Shown one piece after another: positions 1 to 6,891 of a DNA stretch of 24,000 bases. Source of the stretch: Lysobacterales bacterium (GTDB taxonomy: Bacteria > Pseudomonadota > Gammaproteobacteria > Xanthomonadales > SZUA-36); the NCBI GenBank assembly GCA_963665545.2, contig CAXXKZ010000007.1, forward strand, positions 111,378 through 135,377, in the 5' to 3' direction. A model generated the notes under the pieces. It was not told the DNA's origin, made no database searches, and was given only the letters and a program-made list of their open reading frames with translations. Position numbers and translations under genes: made by a program. The number at the start of each line of letters is the position of its first letter. Within the stretch, counting starts at the first letter, position 1.

Positions 1-84
1 CAACACGGCGGCATTTCGCCTCGATCGTGGCGAAGCGCTGGCCCATACGGGCTATGGCGTGGTCACCCAAGGTCTTAGAGACGA

Positions 85-1680
85 TTAGAGGTCCGCGCTC
101 AAAAACTCGTTGAGCTGATCAAGCAACTGGCGGGCTTGATAAAACTGCGGCTGCAACTCCATGGCCATCTCAAGATGGCTTTTGGCTTGCAACAATCTGG
201 CCCGGTCATGCGGGTAGAGTTCGAGAAGCATTTGTGCGCTGGTAAATTCTTTCATATGGGGGAGCCTTTCGGCAGCGACCGCGAGCTCAAATTGATTTTT
301 CGCATCGCTTTCGCGGTTCATGCGCAGGTACAGGATCGCCAGGTTAAAGTGGATCGTGGCGGACTCTTTCGAAGGCCTCAATGCCGCCAAATAGGCCTGT
401 TCCGCCGTTGTGAAACGGCCCGCACGGGAATAGGCTGATCCACACTTGAAGCTCAGGCCCCGGCGCGTGCTTTTGCCCTCTTGCCACTTGCCGGTCTCCA
501 AGTCGCAAATTTCAATGGCCCGCGAAATGTCTTGCTCCTCAAGATGCGCGTCGACCAGGGCCGCCAGAATGGCGGTACCGCGAGCGCCATGTTCATAGTC
601 GCTTTCAAGCAGTGTTTTATTGCTGTCCCAATCCGCATTTCTCGCCCAGGTCAGCGGCGTCAGCACGACGATGAGGGCGCCCACCGAGACCATGGCCACT
701 CGCAGATTAAACCGCTGCACCAGGTGCACCAGCCCAAATGCGAGAATGACCGCAAAGCCGATTGATGGCATGTATAGACTGCGCTCCGAGAGGAACACCA
801 GGGCCCCGGATTCGGCGATGAGCCGGCTGGAAGGCAAGAGTGCGATGTAGAAAAATGCCAGCCCTATGATCAGCCCGCGCCGCTGATACCTGTAGCCCAC
901 TACCGCCCCGCCCAAAAGTACCAATTGCGAGGCCAGCGCGATCCATGTGTTCACCACCGCAATCTGAGGGAAGACTTGCAGGGGATGTGGCCAAACCATC
1001 AGTTTCATGGCCTTAAACCACAATTTGATCGCCGGCCGCAATCGTCGTGCATCGAAGCCCAGCGGCTTTTCTGCAACTTGGCTGGCTTGCGTGGCTGCAG
1101 CTTGCGTGGCTTCGGCTTGCGTGGCTATGGCTTGCGTGGCTACGGGCGCAATGGTTTCTTCAATGGCGCTTGGCAGGGTCAGTGCATTGGCCCGCAGGCC
1201 CAGATAAATGCCCAGGGGGATCAACAGCAACAGTACCGGAATGCACTTGCGCCATCGCAGCCACCCATTTTCAGATGAAGTGAGCCAGAGCATGGCAACG
1301 GCCAGGGCCGGCAAGGAGATCGCATTCTCCCGGCAGAAAAGGACCCCCATATAGATCAGGGTCAGGCCAAACCAGGACTTCTTGGGGTGGGCTTCGTGAC
1401 TGTGCAGAAACCACCAAAGACCACCTGACACGCCCAGTGATGCAAGGATTTCGGAACGGTTGAAGATCGAGTTGACGACCTCTGTGTGCAGCGGGTGTAC
1501 ACCGAACACCAACGCGGCCAAAAGTGCGACGTTGGTAGACAAAGTCATCGGGTTGCCCGACGCAAGCAGCAGCTGGCGGACAAGACCAAAAACCAGCACC
1601 GTTGTCAGCGCGTGCAGCACGATGTTGGTCAGGTGATAGCCGGCCACCCAATCGCCGAACAGGCGAGCGTCGAGTGTCAC
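85..1680 (-). CDS. TMTC-like polytopic membrane protein with C-terminal TPR repeats (GT-C-type glycosyltransferase-like). This is the downstream 531-aa part of a gene interrupted by an in-frame TAG at 1732-1734.
   Basis: 531-aa ORF that is collinear with the neighbouring 634-aa paralog along its length, e.g. VHPLHTEVVNSIFNRSEILA vs VHPIHTEVVNSIFNRSEMLA and LTPLTWARNADW in both. Many hydrophobic segments; TPR-like helical C-terminus (AEQAYLAALRP...HFNLAILYLRMNRESDAKNQFELAV). The ORF-track start is a GTG at 1678-1680, but homology continues upstream through a stop codon. Confidence 0.8.
   Translation of the reverse strand: MTLDARLFGDWVAGYHLTNIVLHALTTVLVFGLVRQLLLASGNPMTLSTNVALLAALVFGVHPLHTEVVNSIFNRSEILASLGVSGGLWWFLHSHEAHPKKSWFGLTLIYMGVLFCRENAISLPALAVAMLWLTSSENGWLRWRKCIPVLLLLIPLGIYLGLRANALTLPSAIEETIAPVATQAIATQAEATQAAATQASQVAEKPLGFDARRLRPAIKLWFKAMKLMVWPHPLQVFPQIAVVNTWIALASQLVLLGGAVVGYRYQRRGLIIGLAFFYIALLPSSRLIAESGALVFLSERSLYMPSIGFAVILAFGLVHLVQRFNLRVAMVSVGALIVVLTPLTWARNADWDSNKTLLESDYEHGARGTAILAALVDAHLEEQDISRAIEICDLETGKWQEGKSTRRGLSFKCGSAYSRAGRFTTAEQAYLAALRPSKESATIHFNLAILYLRMNRESDAKNQFELAVAAERLPHMKEFTSAQMLLELYPHDRARLLQAKSHLEMAMELQPQFYQARQLLDQLNEFLSADL
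1085..1144. repeat. Four tandem copies of a 15-bp unit (GCTTGCGTGGCTnnn), in frame within the CDS
   Basis: Copies at 1085-1099, 1100-1114, 1115-1129 and 1130-1144 share the first 12 nt exactly and differ only in the last 3 nt. On the minus strand this encodes ATQAIATQAEATQAAATQAS in a loop that is not conserved in the paralog. Confidence 0.9.
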
Positions 1681-1731
1681 TGATACCAGGAGTAATGGCC
1701 GATAGAGGCCCGATTGAACGCCGCTGGCAGC

Positions 1732-1950
1732 CTACAAATCTTCGCGGAAGAACTGGGCAATATCAAACAGGCCCAGCGCCAAGAACCGGTCGCTCACCGC
1801 AAACTCTACGTCATCCATTGCCAGGCTGTTGGGCCAGGCGTTTGCGTATGCGAGCAAGGTCAACAGAACCAGCAAGACCACAGGCAGAAAATGCCACCCG
1901 GTTCGGTGTGGTGGGCGGGCACCTGTGTGCCTTGGCTTTGGGAGATTCAC
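1732..1950 (-). CDS. N-terminal fragment (72 aa) of the same TMTC-like gene. It carries TM1 and the first-loop DD motif and ends at an in-frame amber codon.
   Basis: AYANAWPNSLAMDDVEFAV...FFREDL* aligns residue for residue with the paralog's TFANGWTDQAVMDDLAVIP...YFTQDLW. It is in the same frame as ORF 85..1680 (1734-1680=54). Its GTG start (1948-1950) overlaps the upstream paralog's TGA (1947-1949) as GTGA. Confidence 0.65.
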   Translation of the reverse strand: MNLPKPRHTGARPPHRTGWHFLPVVLLVLLTLLAYANAWPNSLAMDDVEFAVSDRFLALGLFDIAQFFREDL

Positions 1951-3851
1951 TCTGGGCCTAAAGCACGGTTCAGCGAACTCAGCTGCCTGCGCACCAGCTC
2001 AGACTGAGGGTTGAGTGCCAGTACTTTGCGCAAATGGACCCGCGCTTCTCTGAGTTTCGGCGGGCTCTTGGGGTAAAGCCGTATGAGCATGTAGCCGCGC
2101 TTGTACGCCTTGTAAAAGTCACTGGTCTCGGTTGCAATGGAGTGCTCGAACTGATTTCTGGCCTTTTCATTCTGACCGGTCATGGCGTATATCTGACCGA
2201 GCTCAAAGTGAGCGGCGGTGCGCTTGCCCGACTCTTCAGTCAATCGTATGAAGGCCGCTTCTGCTTGCTCAAGCTTGCCCAGGCCAATGAGTACGTAGGC
2301 GCATTTTAACTCCAGGTTGTCAGTTTGAATGACTTTGTCTTGATGCGCCTGACACACTGCGTTGGCCTTGCCCTGCTGACCTTCCCTGAGGTGCGCGTCG
2401 ACGAGGGCGGTGATGGCGCGGGACTTCGGATCGGGCAGTCTGACGATACTTTCAAAAAGTTTTACGTTGCTGGCCCAGTCGGCGTTTCTGGCCCAGGTCA
2501 GCGGCGTCAGGATGAATGCATAGAGCGCAACCATGATGACTGCTGCCCGAATGTTGGATCGCTTCACCAAACCGCCAAGGGCAAAGGCCAGCAAAATGGT
2601 CAGTCCGACCGATGGCAGATAGAGGAATCTTTCATACAGGTTTGCAGAACTCCCATCCCCGCCAACAATCTGGCTTGAGGGCAGTAGGGCGATATAGAAA
2701 AGCAGCAGACCGATCAAGGGCCCGGCCGTTCCGTGCGCGTACCAATACAAGGCCAGTCCGAGCAATGCCAATTGAATCCCCAGGGCCAGCACGGCGTTGG
2801 TGTCAGATCTGTTGTGGTAGATCGTCAATGGATGAGGCCAGACTGTAAGCCCCAGCGCATCAAACCAAATCTTTGAGATGTGCTTGATGTCAGGAGCGGT
2901 GAATTTCAGGGTCGAGACTGCCCGGGCATCCGCTTGGGCATTATCGCGGGTGCCTGACTCGGTTGCTGCCGAATCCGGCGCTTCGGTGGAATCATCGATG
3001 AGCGTGCTCCTGACCTCGGTGGGCGAACTGAAAATGTTTTCGAACGGCACAACACCATCAAGCGCAAACGCACGCATTAAGAGAAAGACGCCAAGCGGTA
3101 GCAAGAGCAATATCGCCGGCGCACAATCGCGCAGGCGTTGCAGCCAGGAACCGGTGTGAGTCAGGTAAATCAGCACGACCACAAGTCCGGGAAGTGCAGC
3201 GGCAGATTCACGGCACAGCAATACCGCAAAGTAAATCAACCCCAGCCCCAGCCAGGCTTTGAGGATCTGTGATTCCTGGTGGCGAAGAAACCAACACAAA
3301 CCGCCGACCGTACCTATGGTGGCAAGCATTTCCGATCTGTTGAAAATCGAATTGACCACTTCGGTGTGAATCGGATGCACGCAAAAAACCACAGCCGCAA
3401 GCAACGCCAAGCGCGCGGACAGGTCACTTGCTGTGCCACCGATTTTCAACAAATCACGAGTTAACACAAAAACCAGCGAAGTGGCCAGCAGGTGAAGCGC
3501 AATATTGACGAAGTGGTAACCGGCCAGCCAGGCGCCGAAGACTGAGGTATCCAGCGCAATGGAAACCATCAGCAAGGGCCGGTACAGACCCGTGTTCAAG
3601 CCAATGGAGGACCACAGATCCTGAGTAAAATATTCTCCAATATCACCCAGCCGCAGACCCTTGAACAGGTCAGTAGGAATGACGGCCAGGTCGTCCATAA
3701 CGGCCTGGTCAGTCCAGCCGTTCGCAAATGTGATGACGGTGATCACCGTCAGGATGAGGTAAGGCAAAGTTGAGGGAGGCAGCTGCATTGAGCGCCGCGG
3801 CGACGGTTGATTGCTCGGCTGCTTCATTCGTGACCGGCTGCGGCGCGACAT
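1947..3851 (-). CDS. TMTC-like polytopic membrane protein with C-terminal TPR repeats (GT-C-type glycosyltransferase-like), intact paralog
   Basis: 634-aa ORF. Basic cytoplasmic N-terminus, then TM1, then a VMDD acidic loop motif typical of GT-C enzymes. About 10 or more hydrophobic segments, a DUF1736-like HPIHTEVVNSIFNRSE block and a TPR-like C-terminus (LGKLEQAEAAFIRL...HFELGQIYAMTGQNEKARNQFEHSI). Family assignment is from memory, not searched. Confidence 0.85.
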   Translation of the reverse strand: MSRRSRSRMKQPSNQPSPRRSMQLPPSTLPYLILTVITVITFANGWTDQAVMDDLAVIPTDLFKGLRLGDIGEYFTQDLWSSIGLNTGLYRPLLMVSIALDTSVFGAWLAGYHFVNIALHLLATSLVFVLTRDLLKIGGTASDLSARLALLAAVVFCVHPIHTEVVNSIFNRSEMLATIGTVGGLCWFLRHQESQILKAWLGLGLIYFAVLLCRESAAALPGLVVVLIYLTHTGSWLQRLRDCAPAILLLLPLGVFLLMRAFALDGVVPFENIFSSPTEVRSTLIDDSTEAPDSAATESGTRDNAQADARAVSTLKFTAPDIKHISKIWFDALGLTVWPHPLTIYHNRSDTNAVLALGIQLALLGLALYWYAHGTAGPLIGLLLFYIALLPSSQIVGGDGSSANLYERFLYLPSVGLTILLAFALGGLVKRSNIRAAVIMVALYAFILTPLTWARNADWASNVKLFESIVRLPDPKSRAITALVDAHLREGQQGKANAVCQAHQDKVIQTDNLELKCAYVLIGLGKLEQAEAAFIRLTEESGKRTAAHFELGQIYAMTGQNEKARNQFEHSIATETSDFYKAYKRGYMLIRLYPKSPPKLREARVHLRKVLALNPQSELVRRQLSSLNRALGPE

Positions 3852-3888
3852 CAGCGGAGTCTACGGCTTCGGTACCCTTGCTTCAAGC

Positions 3889-4572
3889 CTAGCGTCGCAA
3901 TATGGCCCACCACCTGGCGACGTTGAGCAGGCTCATCAAGGATGCCGACACATAGGTCAGGGCCGCGGCGCGCAACAGGCGCCGGGCGTGAGGTAAGTCG
4001 GACTCGGTCAGAATGTTTTGCTGTTTCAGTAGCGGCATGGCGCGGCCGAAACTGGCGTCAAACTCGGTGGGCAGGGTGAGCAGGTGCATCAGCACGCCCG
4101 AGCCCAGCGTCATCAGGCCGCCGAAAATCATCAGCAACCCTGCAACCGGCGCCCGGGTAATGCCGATGATCAGTGGTGCGGCCATCATCAGCGCCGCGCC
4201 GGTTTTTTCAACCGGGCGGACCCAGCGCACCAGCCGGGTGCGCCACAGCAGCGGAATATAGCCGCTGGCGTGCTGCTGGGCGTGGCCGACCTCGTGCGCG
4301 GCTATGGTGATGGCGGTCAGTGAGTGGCTCTGATAATTTTCCGCGGACAAACGCACCATCCGCTGCTCCGGATCGTAGTGGTCGCCCGCGTCACTGACTT
4401 CAGTGCCGACTTCTGTGAGCCCCAATTCATCGAGCAGGTGCCGCGCCAGTTCACCACCCGATCCCGCGTAGCGATCCGCCGGTTGGCTGTAACGGCCCAT
4501 CACCCGGCGAACCCAAACTGATGGTCCCAGGACAGCGACCAGAAGGATGACGATGATGATCAAATAGGGCAT
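3889..4572 (-). CDS. Membrane zinc metallopeptidase, YugP-like (Zn_peptidase_2 family)
   Basis: 227-aa ORF. N-terminal TM segment (YLIIIVILLVAVLGPSVWV), HExxH motif (AAHEVGHAQQH) and C-terminal hydrophobic segments. Lies 37 bp upstream of the TMTC-like paralogs on the same strand. Confidence 0.85.
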   Translation of the reverse strand: MPYLIIIVILLVAVLGPSVWVRRVMGRYSQPADRYAGSGGELARHLLDELGLTEVGTEVSDAGDHYDPEQRMVRLSAENYQSHSLTAITIAAHEVGHAQQHASGYIPLLWRTRLVRWVRPVEKTGAALMMAAPLIIGITRAPVAGLLMIFGGLMTLGSGVLMHLLTLPTEFDASFGRAMPLLKQQNILTESDLPHARRLLRAAALTYVSASLMSLLNVARWWAILRR

Positions 4573-4623
4573 AAGCTTTGCGCCGATTTGATAGCATTAT
4601 AAAGGAGTCTTGCTTCCCTGCTC

Positions 4624-4777
4624 CCGCCTTCGGCGGAAGGCGGCTGCGCGCGACGGCATTTAACTTAGTCTGGCTTCGCCAGCCATGGCCGGTGACGAAG
4701 GGGGTACGGTTTCGCCGTAGGCGAAGAAGTGCCCGATGAGCGCCGTAGCGCGTAGGCGGCTGCACGCGCGACGGCAT
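4624..4777. repeat. GC-rich hairpin and direct-repeat cluster (REP-like) in a divergent intergenic region
   Basis: Perfect hairpin CCGCCTTC-GGCG-GAAGGCGG (4624-4643). Hairpin TTCGCC-GTA-GGCGAA (4711-4725). CTTCG...CGAAG arms at 4674-4678 and 4696-4700. Direct repeat GGCGGCTGCGCGCGACGGCAT (4639-4659) vs GGCGGCTGCACGCGCGACGGCAT (4755-4777; identical apart from a 2-nt AC insertion). CGCCGTAG recurs at 4713 and 4741. Confidence 0.7.
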
Positions 4778-4844
4778 GCACAAGGCGACTCTTCGCAGAT
4801 TTTGGGGGTTGGTATTCGGGGCTCGTTCGGCGATCATAGCCGGC

Positions 4845-6275
4845 ATGGATAATGTAGCAAGCAACGCGCTGGAACCGGACGGTGAGCGGATGCGGGAAAT
4901 GGTCAATAGCGTCATGGACCACATCGTGCCGCTGTTGACGACTTTGAATGATCAGCCAATGGATGGCACCGCCGACTCGACGCCGGAGTTTCTTGAGTCA
5001 CTGATCGAGCCGTTGCCGCAATCTGGCGCTAATTTCGATGCCCTGATGGACCAGTTGTTCGATGATTTACTGCCCAAATCCGTCAACACGATTTCGGGTG
5101 GCTTCATGGCCTACATCGGTTGCGGGGGAATTTTCGAGGCCGCTGTGGCGGACCTGATTGCCAACAGCCTCAATCGCTATACCGGCACGGCTGCGGAGGG
5201 TTCGGCCCTGGTGCAGATTGAAGCCAATGTCGTTCGCTGGTTTTGCGACATCATGGGTTTGCCGGATACAGCGGGCGGCTTCTTGTGCTCCGGCGGCTCG
5301 ATCGCCAATCTTAGCGGGGTCATCACAGCGCGCCACATCAAATTGGGCGAGGATTTTTCCAGGGGCACAATTTATATATCCGATCAGACCCACCATTGCG
5401 TCGCCAAAGCGGTGCGTTTGGCGGGCATACCCAGGGCAAATCTGCGGGTCTTGCCGGCCGATGAGCATTTTCGGCTTGATCCAGAGCGCGTTCGGGCGGC
5501 CATCAAAGAGGATCGTGATCGCGGCATGCAACCCTTCCTGCTGGTGGGCAGTGGCGGAACGACCAATACCGGCGCCATTGACCCCCTCGATGAATGCGCG
5601 GACCTCGCCCGTGAAGAAGACCTCTGGTTTCATGTCGACGGCGCTTATGGCGGGTTTTTCCGGCTGACAGAACGCGGCAAGCAAGCCTTGAAGGGAATTG
5701 AGCGGGCAGATTCGGTGGTCCTCGATCCGCACAAGACCCTGTTTCTTCCCTACGGGACCGGGGCACTGGTGGTGCGTGACCGTGAAACGTTGCTGCGTAC
5801 CCACCGCCAATCAGCCGACTACATGCCCGATTCAAGAGCTGAAAGTGGGCTGATGGAATTCTGCGAACTGTCACCGGAGTTGACCAAGCCATTTAGGGGC
5901 TTGCGCGTGTGGCTGCCAATGAAGCTCCATGGTGTGGGTGTTTTTCGCGACCGGCTGGACGAGAAGCTCGACTTGATCCGATGGGTGGAAAGCCGGATCA
6001 GAGAGGTAGCGGAGCTCGAAGTGCTGGCCGAGCCGGAACTATCGGTGGTCGCTTTTGCCATCCGCGACACCGGCCAGTCGCTGGCGCAACGCAACGCTCA
6101 GTCACGCCAGTTGATCAATGACATCAACGCTCGGCAACATGTGTTTCTCAGCAGTACGAGCCTCAATGGCGTCTTTGCGCTGCGCATCGCCATCGTCTCG
6201 TTCCGCACACACAAAATGCATCTGCAATTGCTGGTGGACGATCTGAAAGCCGCGCTTGGCGACATGGCGCCCTGA
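4845..6275 (+). CDS. Pyridoxal-phosphate-dependent decarboxylase, group II (aromatic-amino-acid/tyrosine decarboxylase-like); substrate unknown
   Basis: The ORF runs 4776..6275. I prefer the ATG at 4845 (MDNVASN...) because the preceding 23 codons lie in the repeat region and look non-protein-like. SGGSIANL motif and the PLP-lysine motif LDPHKTLFLPYGTG. Confidence 0.85.
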   Translation: MDNVASNALEPDGERMREMVNSVMDHIVPLLTTLNDQPMDGTADSTPEFLESLIEPLPQSGANFDALMDQLFDDLLPKSVNTISGGFMAYIGCGGIFEAAVADLIANSLNRYTGTAAEGSALVQIEANVVRWFCDIMGLPDTAGGFLCSGGSIANLSGVITARHIKLGEDFSRGTIYISDQTHHCVAKAVRLAGIPRANLRVLPADEHFRLDPERVRAAIKEDRDRGMQPFLLVGSGGTTNTGAIDPLDECADLAREEDLWFHVDGAYGGFFRLTERGKQALKGIERADSVVLDPHKTLFLPYGTGALVVRDRETLLRTHRQSADYMPDSRAESGLMEFCELSPELTKPFRGLRVWLPMKLHGVGVFRDRLDEKLDLIRWVESRIREVAELEVLAEPELSVVAFAIRDTGQSLAQRNAQSRQLINDINARQHVFLSSTSLNGVFALRIAIVSFRTHKMHLQLLVDDLKAALGDMAP

Positions 6276-6289
6276 GGGAGGGCGCTAAC

Positions 6290-6890
6290 TGTGAATTCCA
6301 GCAACGTTTTTCACAAAAAGTGCGCCAAAATCTAGTTGGTTCTCAGCTCATCGTTCGAATGGGCTGGGGTATCTGCGTTTGTCATTTTTGTCAGGGAGCC
6401 GGCTGAGAGTAACAGTGCTGTTTCCAGGACACGCCACCAGTACATCCCTGTAAGCTCGGATGCGTCATCCCTGACGCATACGGCCCTGGAAGCAGCACTA
6501 TCACTCTTTCCGGCTTTGACCAACTGATGGCACATAGGGGTCACAAATGTCGTCCATTTGACGCGTGTGTCATGCCATTGGCTGCCCCAGGGCGGTTGCG
6601 GTCGTTTAAGCCCAGGAACCGCACCGTGGCAGCAAAGTGTCGTGAGGGGGTTATGGTTCGTTCCGTCAAGGTGGATGCCGAGGGACGACAAGCGACTGGG
6701 TCGCTGGTCCATGGATGGACCAGCGAGGCGATAGGGAACAGGATGTTCCGTGGAGCCGACCCACCAAGCGCGGAGGAGTGAGGGAAGCCCGTCGGGCCAT
6801 CCGCCAGGAGCGAACCATAACCCCCGCACGACACTTTGCGGTAACGATGGCACCAAACCTCACGTGTGAACAACGTTGCTGGAATTCACA
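6290..6890. mobile_element. 601-bp non-autonomous (MITE-like) element with 19-bp perfect terminal inverted repeats, flanked by a 6-bp direct repeat GCTAAC (6284-6289 and 6891-6896)
   Basis: TGTGAATTCCAGCAACGTT (6290-6308) is the exact reverse complement of AACGTTGCTGGAATTCACA (6872-6890). The match extends to 25/26 with TTCACA. The identical hexamer GCTAAC abuts both ends. There is no credible ORF inside, only overlapping multi-frame W/P/R-rich ORFs. The interior is rich in long helices. Confidence 0.6.
6632..6839. repeat. Internal long inverted repeat (29-nt arms, 28/29 complementary) enclosing about 150 nt
   Basis: GCAAAGTGTCGTGAGGGGGTTATGGTTCG (6632-6660) vs CGAACCATAACCCCCGCACGACACTTTGC (6811-6839). 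The single mismatch is 6645 with 6826. Extendable by 4 more pairs inward (6661-6664 with 6807-6810). The enclosed region holds an 11-bp perfect hairpin, TCGCTGGTCCA-TGGA-TGGACCAGCGA (6701-6726). Confidence 0.85.
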
Positions 6891-6891
6891 G

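Noticed and set aside
2-88. A possible 3' end of a plus-strand gene entering from the left (frame 2: ...NTAAFRLDRGEALAHTGYGVVTQGLRDD*, stop 86-88), overlapping the convergent TMTC-like gene's stop.
   Set aside because: Only 28 codons are visible and there is no recognisable motif. It cannot be distinguished from chance, so I did not list it as a feature.
1732-1734. The in-frame TAG as a pyrrolysine or programmed-recoding site.
   Set aside because: The codon aligns to a conserved Trp (TGG) in the adjacent paralog, so a simple G-to-A nonsense change or a base-call error is the economical explanation. No Pyl machinery or recoding signal is visible in the window.
6351-6362. A tRNA-like T-loop sequence (GTTCGAAT) inside the element.
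   Set aside because: The flanking 5-nt segments (CATCG and GGGCT) are not complementary, so there is no T-arm. I could build no acceptor or anticodon stems around it.
6332-6873. ORFs inside the 601-bp element: 6332..6856 (-, 174 aa), 6541..6873 (-), 6527..6781 (+), 6715..6996 (+) and 6666..6863 (-), considered as a possible small transposase or cargo protein.
   Set aside because: Several mutually overlapping frames are open at once. The compositions are W/P/R/G-rich, with no DDE, HTH or other motif I can recognise. Similar peptides appear on both strands only because of the internal inverted repeat (e.g. AKCREGVMVRS vs AKCRAGVMVRS). I cannot fully exclude a small protein without homology searches.
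6290-6890. ORF-less group II intron, or another self-splicing or ribozyme element. A GTGCG occurs at 6320-6324, and the hairpin at 6460-6479 superficially resembles domain V.
   Set aside because: - The 6460-6479 hairpin lacks a domain V lower helix, AGC triad and 2-nt bulge when I try to pair the flanks on either strand.
- The element is intergenic, not inside an exon.
- I found no hammerhead CUGANGA...GAAA core.
- Perfect 19-bp termini plus a flanking direct repeat fit transposition better.
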